IMG/VR virus record: IMGVR_UViG_3300033121_000149
Location: 1 to 64,000 of that record
Length of the DNA: 64,000 nt
From: a virus
Direction: 5' to 3' (one strand)
Shown here: one piece after another, positions 28,392 through 37,339 of the stretch
Layout of the letters: each line of letters starts with the position of its first letter
How positions within the stretch are numbered: position 1 is the first letter of the stretch
Made by a program: the position numbers and the translations under genes
Notes under the pieces: model-generated
Database searches by the model: none
What the model saw: the letters and a program-made list of their open reading frames with translations, nothing else
Told to the model about the DNA's origin: nothing

Positions 28392-28556
28392 ATGAAACAA
28401 TTATTAGGTACATTAGTTCCGGGTTGTATCACAATGATTATGATAGGAGTCTATGGACATTTAGTTCCAGCTTTATTAATGTCTAATATTGACTTATTTA
28501 TTTTTTCAGGTATGATATTAACAGTTGTTCCGTTAATCTTATTATTGAGAGGGTAG
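28392..28556 (+). CDS. small membrane protein
   Basis: Two hydrophobic helices. Confidence 0.4.
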   Translation: MKQLLGTLVPGCITMIMIGVYGHLVPALLMSNIDLFIFSGMILTVVPLILLLRG

Positions 28557-28557
28557 T

Positions 28558-28761
28558 ATGTTAAGAAATATAATGTTCGTTCTAGGATTATTAGGAGCTG
28601 CTTTATTGCAATCATGTGGTGGACCTGTTGTACTTGGTCTAGCAGGTGTTGCCTTATTTAAAGAAGCTCAGAAACCGTTTACATATGACGACTTACAAGA
28701 TAAACCTATATTTTATGAAAAATGTATGGAAGTTAATAAATCAAGAGAAAAATGTTTATAG
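28558..28761 (+). CDS. putative lipoprotein (67 aa)
   Basis: Signal peptide ending LLQSCGG. Confidence 0.4.
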   Translation: MLRNIMFVLGLLGAALLQSCGGPVVLGLAGVALFKEAQKPFTYDDLQDKPIFYEKCMEVNKSREKCL

Positions 28762-28770
28762 GAGGAACTA

Positions 28771-29325
28771 ATGAACAGATCTGAATCAATTGTTAAATTA
28801 GCAGAAGCTTTAGTTAAAGCACAATCTAAAATGGGTAATGCTCTTAAAGATAGTAAGAACCCTTTCTTTAAAAGTAAATACGCTGACTTAAACTCAGTAC
28901 GTGAGGCATGTCTACCATTACTAAACGAAAACGGTATTTCAGTAATTCAACCTACTGTTCATATTGAAGGTAAGGCATTTGTTGAAACTGTATTACTGCA
29001 TACATCAGGTGAATTTATTTCGTCTTTAACTGAAATTATCTCAGCTAAAGCTAACGATCCACAAGCTCACGGTTCAGGTGTTTCATACGCTAGACGTTAT
29101 GGATTACAAAGTTTAATTAACTTAGGAGCAGATGACGACGATGGTGAGGCTGCTATGTCTAGAGGTTCAGCACCTGCTAAGACTTTTAACAAAAGTGAAG
29201 AAAAGAAAGCTGATAGTGAAAAACCTGCTGAGAAACCAGCAAGTAAACCAAGTAGTTTTAAAAAACCAAGTAGTACACCAAGTGCTGCAGCTCCAGCTAA
29301 TCAAGCTGATGAAGGATGGCAATAA
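28771..29325 (+). CDS. erf: ERF-family single-strand annealing protein
   Basis: KNPFFKSKYADLNSV motif typical of ERF; GGAGG RBS. Confidence 0.65.
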   Translation: MNRSESIVKLAEALVKAQSKMGNALKDSKNPFFKSKYADLNSVREACLPLLNENGISVIQPTVHIEGKAFVETVLLHTSGEFISSLTEIISAKANDPQAHGSGVSYARRYGLQSLINLGADDDDGEAAMSRGSAPAKTFNKSEEKKADSEKPAEKPASKPSSFKKPSSTPSAAAPANQADEGWQ

Positions 29326-29786
29326 TGGATAATAAAGTAGAAGGTAAAGAAGTGTTTGACGCTGTTCTAGATGAAATGGAACAGATTGAAAAACACATGT
29401 CTACCGAAGAACTAGAAGCTGAATTAATTAAAGAACAGTCTCAACCTAAAGATCCAGTTGAAGCTGCTGCTATGGGATTTAACTTATACTCGTTTAAATT
29501 TAAACAGGGTGTAGATCAGCTTTCAGCTAGGGGTGCTAAACGTTTATTAAAAGCATTAGTAGATGGAAAGCTTTCAGGTAAGAAATACAACCTAAATCAG
29601 TTCGAAGCAACTATGTTAGAAGTAGGTACATTTTGTATGGAATGTAGATTCATTATGGAATTAGATACTTATAACAATGCTAGAGCTGTATTAGAAAAGG
29701 CTGCTGATCCAAATCAAGAACTATCTCAAGAAGAGATTGATATGTTACAAGCTATGGAAAACAACAAGGAGGAAACCAATGGCTGA
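29316..29786 (+). CDS. hypothetical protein (156 aa)
   Basis: ORF. Confidence 0.55.
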   Translation: MAIMDNKVEGKEVFDAVLDEMEQIEKHMSTEELEAELIKEQSQPKDPVEAAAMGFNLYSFKFKQGVDQLSARGAKRLLKALVDGKLSGKKYNLNQFEATMLEVGTFCMECRFIMELDTYNNARAVLEKAADPNQELSQEEIDMLQAMENNKEETNG

Positions 29787-30033
29787 TAGAATTGTAGGTT
29801 CGATTAAGAAAAGTAAAACAGGTGGAGCTGATTACGTAGACATTAGAGATGACCTTAAAAAAGGTACATACAATTTACGTAATAAGAAACAGGCTATCGA
29901 CAGTATTCAAGCAGCGTTAGAAGCTGGTAAACTTTCAGAAGAATATGCTGAGAAATTACTAGCTGATACAGAAAAACTGTATCCAGATTTTGTTCGTTTC
30001 AATATTATTAAAATCGAGAAGAAGGAGAAGTAA
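29779..30033 (+). CDS. hypothetical protein (84 aa)
   Basis: AAGGAGGAAACCAATG RBS. Confidence 0.5.
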   Translation: MADRIVGSIKKSKTGGADYVDIRDDLKKGTYNLRNKKQAIDSIQAALEAGKLSEEYAEKLLADTEKLYPDFVRFNIIKIEKKEK

Positions 30034-30058
30034 TCCCTCCAGTTACTTCTCAAGGTTG

Positions 30059-30088
30059 GGTACTAGCCTTAAAGTAGTACCTCTTTTA
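30059..30088 (+). terminator. intrinsic terminator (GGTACTA-loop-TAGTACC + TCTTTT)
   Basis: 7-bp stem, T-tract. Confidence 0.55.
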
Positions 30089-30104
30089 CTTAGGAGGAAG
30101 GTAA

Positions 30105-32045
30105 ATGTCACCAGTTGATAAACAGTTGTATATTAATGTACGACAAGGCTTAAACAGTAAATCTAATCTAGTTCCCATTTCAGAAGCAACTAAGATTATT
30201 ACCGATAAAAATAAAGATTGGTATATTAGTTTATTTCAGTATAATTCAGAACATAAACAAATTGTAGATAAAACAGGAACGGTTTCAGGTATACAAGATA
30301 CTTCAACTAATATGTTGTACTTTGACTTTGATAGTAAACATAATTTAGAAGAAGCTAGAAAGGACGCTATCACTGTTGCACATAGAGCAATTGAAGCAGG
30401 TATTCCACAAGAGTCTATACATGCTCAGTTCACTGGTAACAAAGGTGTATCTTTGATGATTGACTTAGATACTAGACTTACTCCTAAACAATTTAAGAAT
30501 GCTGTCTTTAAATTAGCAGGTGATTTAAAAACATTTGATAGAGTAGTTAATGACCCTAATCGTATCATCAGAGTTATTAACACTAAACATCAAGAGTCAG
30601 GTTTATACAAGATTCCGTTGGATTTATGGGAACTTGACGAGTTAAGTATTTCAGATATTAGATTAATGGCTACTAATCCTCGGGAGTTAAACATTACACA
30701 ACATCCATCTAAACTACCTGATAGTTTATTAATACCAGAAAAAGAAGATAAGAAGGAAACTGTCAATGAACTAGGTTTCGATATATCTCAAATAGATATG
30801 CGTTTAAAACCAAGAGATTTAGATGATGCTCGTTTTTTATTACTAAATGGGTTTTTTAGAACAGGTGAACGTAACCATGCTATGTTATGTCTAGCTGCTA
30901 CATATCGTAATTTAAGCTATGATGAACGTGTTGTACGAGGTATCCTATCAGGTGTAGCTGAAACTCAAGCTATGCGTACAGGAGAAGAGTTGTTTCCTGA
31001 TAAAGAAATCGAATTAATACTTAAACAAGTATATTCAGATAATTGGAAAGGTGGACAGTTTACAACTAAAGACCCTACTAATTGGTTATCACAGTATGCA
31101 CTAAAGATGGGTTTAAAGATTGACTCATCAACAGACGAACCTATGACTATTCATGAAGTTGAGTCAACGTTTGCTGATTTTGTTAAAAATATAGATAAAA
31201 ATACAGTGAAGACAGGTATTCCTGAATTAGATAAACTTATGCCTATTACAATAGGTTCTAATATTGGCATCGTAGCTTCAGCCGGAGCTGGAAAAACTAG
31301 TATAGCTTTAAAAATTCTAAAAAATACTAGTATGTCTAATGTAGTTACAGTATTCGCTAGTTTAGATATGCACCGTAATAGATTATTTGAGAAACTATGT
31401 TACGCTGTCACTGGATATTCACGTGAACAGATATATGACACGTTTAAGAAAAACGGTGGTAAGGAAATTGTTGAAAAAATCAAAGAACAATATGGTAATG
31501 TTTGGTTCTATGATAGATCAGCAGCTACTGTTTCCAGTATTAAGGATTATGTTCGAGAAGTTGAACGTAAATCTGGACAAAAAGTTAAATTAGTAATGGT
31601 TGATTATTTTGAACGTGTTAATTGTGACGTATCCGATGATACTGCTGCTTCTAAAAAGGTAGCTAACGAGTTACAAGACATGATAAATGATTTAAACGTT
31701 GCCTGTATTACATTATGTCAACCTAATAAGTTCAGTTTAGGAGGTGGACCGGATACCGAGATTAAATCATATACAAGTATTAAGGGAAGTTCATTCTTGT
31801 ATCAATCATTTCGAGGTATTGTTTCATTATCTAGACCGTTCTATACACCTGAAACAAAAGATTTAGATCGCTATATGATTGTAAACATACTTAAAAACGA
31901 TTTAGGTGAGCTTGATCGTCTAATCTATGGGTGGAATGGTAAACGTGGTGATATTTACGGACTTGACGACGCTCAACTTGAACAATTTAATGAACTCATG
32001 AAAATAAAAAACTCTTCTAAGAAAGATAAAGACGGTTGGGATTAA
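30105..32045 (+). CDS. primase-helicase (N-terminal putative primase domain + C-terminal DnaB/SF4-like helicase)
   Basis: Walker A GIVASAGAGKTS, Walker B LVMVDYFE, H3/H4-like motifs; AGGAGGAAGG RBS. Confidence 0.6.
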   Translation: MSPVDKQLYINVRQGLNSKSNLVPISEATKIITDKNKDWYISLFQYNSEHKQIVDKTGTVSGIQDTSTNMLYFDFDSKHNLEEARKDAITVAHRAIEAGIPQESIHAQFTGNKGVSLMIDLDTRLTPKQFKNAVFKLAGDLKTFDRVVNDPNRIIRVINTKHQESGLYKIPLDLWELDELSISDIRLMATNPRELNITQHPSKLPDSLLIPEKEDKKETVNELGFDISQIDMRLKPRDLDDARFLLLNGFFRTGERNHAMLCLAATYRNLSYDERVVRGILSGVAETQAMRTGEELFPDKEIELILKQVYSDNWKGGQFTTKDPTNWLSQYALKMGLKIDSSTDEPMTIHEVESTFADFVKNIDKNTVKTGIPELDKLMPITIGSNIGIVASAGAGKTSIALKILKNTSMSNVVTVFASLDMHRNRLFEKLCYAVTGYSREQIYDTFKKNGGKEIVEKIKEQYGNVWFYDRSAATVSSIKDYVREVERKSGQKVKLVMVDYFERVNCDVSDDTAASKKVANELQDMINDLNVACITLCQPNKFSLGGGPDTEIKSYTSIKGSSFLYQSFRGIVSLSRPFYTPETKDLDRYMIVNILKNDLGELDRLIYGWNGKRGDIYGLDDAQLEQFNELMKIKNSSKKDKDGWD

Positions 32046-32064
32046 GTATTGACATATAAACAAT

Positions 32065-32096
32065 CTCCGGTTATTCTAAAAATCGGAGAGTTTTTT
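32065..32096 (+). terminator. intrinsic terminator (TCTCCG-14 nt loop-CGGAGA G TTTTTT)
   Basis: Stem plus T6. Confidence 0.55.
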
Positions 32097-32147
32097 CGGA
32101 ATTACAGAATGTAGTTTATGTAGACAAGAAACTCGGAGTGATGATTA

Positions 32148-32429
32148 ATGAAACGTAGTCTTATGTTGGAACAAATTGAAGAATTACTAACACCTCCTGT
32201 ATCAATAGACGATGATGAACCATGTGTTACAGTTGAACAACTTCGATATAATAAAGAGTTAGCTGACATCATACTAACTAGATTAGAAGATATGGGAATG
32301 CAACCGCCTCCAGTTAAAGCACGTATTATTAGAGGTGAGAACTATAAGTTTGGTAGTGGTTGTACTATGAGATGTGTATGTGATCAATGCGATCCAAACT
32401 TTCTGATGAATAAATGGGAGAAAGAATGA
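32148..32429 (+). CDS. hypothetical protein (93 aa)
   Basis: ORF. Confidence 0.5.
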   Translation: MKRSLMLEQIEELLTPPVSIDDDEPCVTVEQLRYNKELADIILTRLEDMGMQPPPVKARIIRGENYKFGSGCTMRCVCDQCDPNFLMNKWEKE

Positions 32430-32746
32430 ACTTTATTACATATTTTATACCGATAGTTTTTCTACTAGTATTATTCGTAATGGATAGTTATCACTATCAA
32501 AAACGTATCGATGAATTAGAAGAAAAACTTTTTATCAGTGAATTTAAACATTATGACACAAGTGATTTAACTAAAGAGGAACTTATTAATTTTATAGACC
32601 ATGCTCTTTTATGTGATGGTGTTTTATGGTATAGTTATGATGACGGTCCTCAAATTAAACCAGCATCGGATACTAAGGATATTGCTAAGTTTTTAGTACA
32701 TTCTTTAGAAAGTGTTAACGCTTTAAAAAAATATCAACCGGAGTAA
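32426..32746 (+). CDS. membrane protein (about 106 aa)
   Basis: GGGAGAAAGAATG RBS, N-terminal TM. Confidence 0.5.
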   Translation: MNFITYFIPIVFLLVLFVMDSYHYQKRIDELEEKLFISEFKHYDTSDLTKEELINFIDHALLCDGVLWYSYDDGPQIKPASDTKDIAKFLVHSLESVNALKKYQPE

Positions 32747-32749
32747 ATT

Positions 32750-32950
32750 ATGAAACTACATTTTTTAACACCTAACTTAGGGAAATTTCTACATGACGAT
32801 GGAGGTTACTCTTTTAGAGATGGTTACAGACTTAGTTTTGTAACAGAAATAATGTATTTAAAAGAATTTGAAAGACCTAACTGGATCTCTATTCAAGTAC
32901 TAGGATTCGGTATAGGTGTAAGTTGGGGTGGTGACGAGGATTGTATATGA
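32750..32950 (+). CDS. hypothetical protein (66 aa)
   Basis: ORF. Confidence 0.45.
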   Translation: MKLHFLTPNLGKFLHDDGGYSFRDGYRLSFVTEIMYLKEFERPNWISIQVLGFGIGVSWGGDEDCI

Positions 32951-33318
32951 AACTAATTATAGCAGGTAGTAGAACTTTACAAGTAGACAATGAATTTATA
33001 AAGAGTGTAATTCTAAATCTATTACCAGATGAAGCTTTAACTGGAATGAAGATTGTATCAGGTTGTGCTAAAGGGATAGATAAATGTGGAGAGTGTTTTT
33101 CTTTAGCTAATAAATTAGATTGTGAAAAGTTCCCTGCTGATTGGGATACACACGGTAAAGCCGCTGGAATGATTCGTAATAAACAAATGGCTGAGTATGC
33201 AGATGTTTTACTACTTATATGGGACGGTGAAAGTAAGGGTAGTAGACATATGAAAGAAACTATGTTAAAGTTAGGTAAGCCTGTTTACGAGGTAGTAATT
33301 AGGAGTTATAACGTATGA
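32941..33318 (+). CDS. SLOG/DUF2493-like Rossmann-fold protein (125 aa)
   Basis: IIAGSR...SGCAKGIDK...ADWDTHGKAAGMIRNKQM...WDGESKGSRHM pattern. Confidence 0.5.
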   Translation: MYMKLIIAGSRTLQVDNEFIKSVILNLLPDEALTGMKIVSGCAKGIDKCGECFSLANKLDCEKFPADWDTHGKAAGMIRNKQMAEYADVLLLIWDGESKGSRHMKETMLKLGKPVYEVVIRSYNV

Positions 33319-33611
33319 ATAAGAATTATCAAGGTCTTTATATAAGTAAAGACGGTAATATATATGGTAGATTAAGTAAGACTTTATGGACTAAACTATT
33401 TCATAGATTTGGCGGTTATAATTACATAATGTATAATATCGCACCAGTTTACGATTTTGATAATTACAGTACTTTCTTTAGAGAACTTGACGACGATGAA
33501 ATTGCTCACTTATTAGTAATAAATTATGAAGAAGATGTTATTAGAGATATGAAACAGAAGCATGATAAAAATAAAGAAATAATTATGGATATGTTGAGGT
33601 TTGATAAATGA
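33315..33611 (+). CDS. hypothetical protein (98 aa)
   Basis: ORF. Confidence 0.5.
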   Translation: MNKNYQGLYISKDGNIYGRLSKTLWTKLFHRFGGYNYIMYNIAPVYDFDNYSTFFRELDDDEIAHLLVINYEEDVIRDMKQKHDKNKEIIMDMLRFDK

Positions 33612-34124
33612 ATCTACGACTAACTAAATTCACAGATACCAACACTCATATCTCCGTAACACCAATGTCTTCCACGTTTACAATTAAGTATTGTGAAATA
33701 CCTAGACTTGTGTTATTCTTAGTGAAGGCTTATGTAAGGGGTAAGTTATGATCGATAAAGAGCTTGTAAAATTCTTCAGTAAATTTAAAGACGAAGACTT
33801 AGAAGCTGCTTATATTTTAACTATGGTTATTGCTAACTTTAAAAAGTTATCTAAAACGGAAGAATTTAGGTTACTGTTATTAACAAGTGAGTTGTGTTAT
33901 CGGGGATTGTTATGAAACAGAATATAGTAAACAAACTTGAAATAAATAATGCCATTTCACAGCTAAAAGAAATCAATTTGAAAATTGAATCCTATAATAA
34001 TCAAAATGAATGCGATGAAGAGTTAGAATTGTTTTTAGAATCTGAACAGAAAAGACTAATCAAATTTTTAACAATAAATGTAATGGGATCAAATGTTGTA
34101 ATTATTCCAAGAGGATCAGCATGA
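33608..34124 (+). other. Three ATGA-linked minigenes (33608-33751, 33748-33915, 33912-34124)
   Basis: Overlapping stop/start chain. Confidence 0.35.
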
Positions 34125-34186
34125 AACAAAAAAATATTAGTGACGAGTTAAGTGACTCGCTATGGAGGGAGTATGGAGAATATTAA
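34121..34186 (+). repeat. MKQENIS cassette 12, minimal form (21 aa: MKQKNISDELSDSLWREYGEY*) with a single repeat unit
   Basis: Both conserved ends present around one CTCGCTA unit. Confidence 0.8.
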
Positions 34187-34808
34187 AAAGAAACTAAGAA
34201 GATTACACGAAGATTTAGTTGACAGCTTATACTTACAAACAACTAAGGATATTATTAAAACTAAAACGTTTTTTGCTGGAGGTTGTGTACGTGATTTAAT
34301 TCGTAATAAACAACCTAAAGATTACGACCTGTTCTTCTTTTCTGAAGAGGATAGAGATCTATTCGTAAAAGAAGCTCATAATAACTTTGCATTAAAAAAG
34401 ACAGCTATAAACAACTACAATATACAAGTAGGTGATTGTAAAGTGCAAATTATAACAGTGGTTTGTGGTATGCCGGATAACCTTGTTAAAACATTCGACT
34501 TTACTATTAACCAAGGATTTTATGTTCCGCAGCTAGATATACTTAAACACGGTGACGCTGGTAGTGATTTACTTGTATGTGATAATATACAATCACCTTT
34601 GAACGCTCTTGTTAGAACTATTAAGTTTGTAAACGATGGGTATAATATAACGAGCGAAACTATGATACGATTAGGAGTAGCTGTAAGTAAAATGCAACCT
34701 ATTACTACAGAAGATCAGCTTATAGAAGCTTTGAAAGGTATAAGTACAGGTAATGAACGTTTAATAAAATCGGATTCTGAATTTAAAAGTGACGATATAC
34801 CGTTTTAG
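34173..34808 (+). CDS. minimal tRNA nucleotidyltransferase (CCA-adding enzyme head domain), start MENIKKK donated by cassette 12
   Basis: GGCVRDLI...DYDLFF class II NTase head motifs. Confidence 0.6.
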   Translation: MENIKKKLRRLHEDLVDSLYLQTTKDIIKTKTFFAGGCVRDLIRNKQPKDYDLFFFSEEDRDLFVKEAHNNFALKKTAINNYNIQVGDCKVQIITVVCGMPDNLVKTFDFTINQGFYVPQLDILKHGDAGSDLLVCDNIQSPLNALVRTIKFVNDGYNITSETMIRLGVAVSKMQPITTEDQLIEALKGISTGNERLIKSDSEFKSDDIPF

Positions 34809-34817
34809 GAGGATAGT

Positions 34818-35066
34818 ATGTTAATTGAAGTTATGGCTTTCGATGACGCTGATATAGAAGGTGATTTGTCTCCAATGTTGTTTAATACGGACACAATAAC
34901 ATGTGTAGTATTACATTCAAATAAAACAGCAAGTCTCTTCGTGAAAGATGATAGTGAACCGTTCTTAATTACAGAAGATTCTTATAATAATATTAAAGAA
35001 CGATTTATAGTTAGATACGAAGTACCTACTTCTACAACAAATCCATTCGGTACAAAGATATGGTAA
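34818..35066 (+). CDS. hypothetical protein (82 aa)
   Basis: TAGGAGGATAGTATG RBS. Confidence 0.55.
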   Translation: MLIEVMAFDDADIEGDLSPMLFNTDTITCVVLHSNKTASLFVKDDSEPFLITEDSYNNIKERFIVRYEVPTSTTNPFGTKIW

Positions 35067-35083
35067 CAACATAAGGAACGAAA

Positions 35084-35338
35084 ATGTTTATCAAAATAAC
35101 GTATTTAAGATTAGATAAACCGGTAGTGGGAATGTTTAATACTAAACACATAATAAGAATAATTCCACATTTTACATACCCTGATTACTATCTAATGTCT
35201 ATACATGATCCATATCTTTCAATTAAGGACGATAATTATTTTAAATTATCAACAGAAGAAGCTAATAGAGTTATGTCATTATTAGAAAACACGCCCACTA
35301 ATGCCGTTAATAAAGTTTCACAAGTTATTAAATGGTAA
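35084..35338 (+). CDS. hypothetical protein (84 aa)
   Basis: AAGGAACGAAAATG. Confidence 0.5.
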   Translation: MFIKITYLRLDKPVVGMFNTKHIIRIIPHFTYPDYYLMSIHDPYLSIKDDNYFKLSTEEANRVMSLLENTPTNAVNKVSQVIKW

Positions 35339-35356
35339 CAACATAAGGAGAAAAAT

Positions 35357-35626
35357 ATGTTTAAGAAAAAAGAAAAAACTACGGAACAAATTGTAAACGA
35401 TGCTCTTGGAATTGAAGAACAAGCTCAGTCCGAAGAAGTTAAAGTACCTGAACAACCTTTACAACAAGAAGTAGCGTTCAGTTTAGTTAAAGAAGACGGT
35501 GTTTATAAAGTAGTTGCTGTTAAATTCGATATGAACTCTGCTGTTGTTTTAGAAGAATTTAAAGAACGCTCTGTTGCAATCGAATCGTTTAAAATTCAAG
35601 TAGCTAGATCAGGTATTTTAGGATAA
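35357..35626 (+). CDS. hypothetical protein (89 aa)
   Basis: AAGGAGAAAAATATG. Confidence 0.55.
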   Translation: MFKKKEKTTEQIVNDALGIEEQAQSEEVKVPEQPLQQEVAFSLVKEDGVYKVVAVKFDMNSAVVLEEFKERSVAIESFKIQVARSGILG

Positions 35627-35627
35627 T

Positions 35628-37244
35628 ATGGACGAAATTACTAAACTTATATACGGTAAATCGCCTATTGAACGTATAGTTAATATAGAAGTCGTCGATG
35701 ATGTTGCATATTTATATGTACTTCAAGACGATTTCAGTATTAAACGTATTGATGTTCCTAATAGGTTTTGGGTATTAAGTAGTACTCCTATAGGTAAAAA
35801 ATCAGTAAGACTTGCTGGTAATTTACACTATAAATACGGTAATCAGTTCAAAACACGTAATGATTTTATGGACTTTCGTACTAAAACAAAACGTTATTAC
35901 GATGTTTATAGTATATTCAACTCAACAGAAGCTTTAATGGTTAAAGATGGGTATACATACTTTAAAGGATTAAAGCATACTGATCCACCTATTCTATGTT
36001 TCGATATTGAATCAACCTCTCTTAAAAAAGATGAGAACTCTAAAGTTCTTTTAATCAGTAATACATTCAGAAGAAACGGAATTATTCAAAAACGTTTATT
36101 TTCATACGACGAATACGAAAATGAAGCTGATATGATTGACGATTGGGCTTCGTGGGTTTGTGAAATAGACCCTGCTATTGTTTGTGGACATAATATATTT
36201 GGATATGACTTACCTTATCTAGATTTTATCTATAAAAGAATACGTGGACCTAAAGCTAAGATACAATTAGGTCGTGATGGTGGATATTTACACATAGATA
36301 GCTATATGAATAAGAAACGTGTAGATGGTTCACGTAGTATTTCTTACCCTAAAACTGAATTATTTGGTCGAGAAATTATCGATACAATGTTTCTAGCTAT
36401 AAACTATGACGCTGCTACAAAAAAATACGAAAATTACGGATTAAAGCAGATTATTAAACAAGAAAATTTAGAAAAAGAAAATCGTGTATTCTATGATGCT
36501 TCTCAGATTCGATTTAATTATAAAAAAGCAGACGAATGGGATAAAATTAAACGATATTGTATTGATGACGGTGATGATGCGTTATCTTTATATGATTTAA
36601 TGGTTCCAGCTTTGTTTTACTTTACACGTTCAATACCAAAATCGTTCCAAGCTATGTGTGAATCAGCTACTGGTTCACAATTAAATTCATTATTAGTTCG
36701 TAGTTATTTACAAGATAAACACAGTATACCTAAATCTAGTGAAAAACTTGAGTATCCCGGTGCTATATCATTTGGAGTTCCCGGAATTTACAGAAATTGC
36801 GTAAAGCAAGATATAAAATCGGAATATCCTAGTTGTATACTCCAGTATAATATTTATGACAAAGAAAAAGATCCCAAAGCTAACTTCTATAAGATGGTTG
36901 AATTTTTCACACTTGAACGTTTTAGAAATAAAGATTTATTTAAAGAAACTAAACTCAAATATTATTCGGATATAGAACAATCACAAAAGATCGGTATTAA
37001 CAGTGCGTACGGACTACTAGGTGCTACTGGATTAAATTTCAATTCACCTGCTAATGCAGCACTTGTTACTGAAAAAGGCAGAGAAGTAATTTCTACAGCT
37101 ATACAATGGGCTTCATCTCGCCCTGTATCGTTTTGGTTACAACAAGCAGGAGTTGAAACAGTATATGAAAAACAAGATATTGAAAGTTATTCTAACGATG
37201 GTGTTATTCAATCTAACGAGTTGTTCGACGTTGAAGTGTCATAG
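35628..37244 (+). CDS. family B DNA polymerase, N-terminal part (3'-5' exonuclease + pol motifs A and B)
   Basis: Exo I FDIESTS, Exo II HNIFGYDLPYL, Exo III YCIDDGDDA, motif A DIKSEYPS, motif B KIGINSAYG. Confidence 0.75.
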   Translation: MDEITKLIYGKSPIERIVNIEVVDDVAYLYVLQDDFSIKRIDVPNRFWVLSSTPIGKKSVRLAGNLHYKYGNQFKTRNDFMDFRTKTKRYYDVYSIFNSTEALMVKDGYTYFKGLKHTDPPILCFDIESTSLKKDENSKVLLISNTFRRNGIIQKRLFSYDEYENEADMIDDWASWVCEIDPAIVCGHNIFGYDLPYLDFIYKRIRGPKAKIQLGRDGGYLHIDSYMNKKRVDGSRSISYPKTELFGREIIDTMFLAINYDAATKKYENYGLKQIIKQENLEKENRVFYDASQIRFNYKKADEWDKIKRYCIDDGDDALSLYDLMVPALFYFTRSIPKSFQAMCESATGSQLNSLLVRSYLQDKHSIPKSSEKLEYPGAISFGVPGIYRNCVKQDIKSEYPSCILQYNIYDKEKDPKANFYKMVEFFTLERFRNKDLFKETKLKYYSDIEQSQKIGINSAYGLLGATGLNFNSPANAALVTEKGREVISTAIQWASSRPVSFWLQQAGVETVYEKQDIESYSNDGVIQSNELFDVEVS

Positions 37245-37264
37245 CTTTAATTATTTAAGATGTG

Positions 37265-37294
37265 TTGACAATTGTAAGTCTTTAGGTTTATCAT
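37265..37294 (+). promoter_or_regulatory. candidate internal promoter TTGACA-N18-TATCAT in the gap between PolB halves
   Basis: Consensus -35 and TAnnnT -10. Confidence 0.3.
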
Positions 37295-37339
37295 ATGATC
37301 AGACCATAGAGGTCTGTAAACTAGAGAGAGAACATAGTT

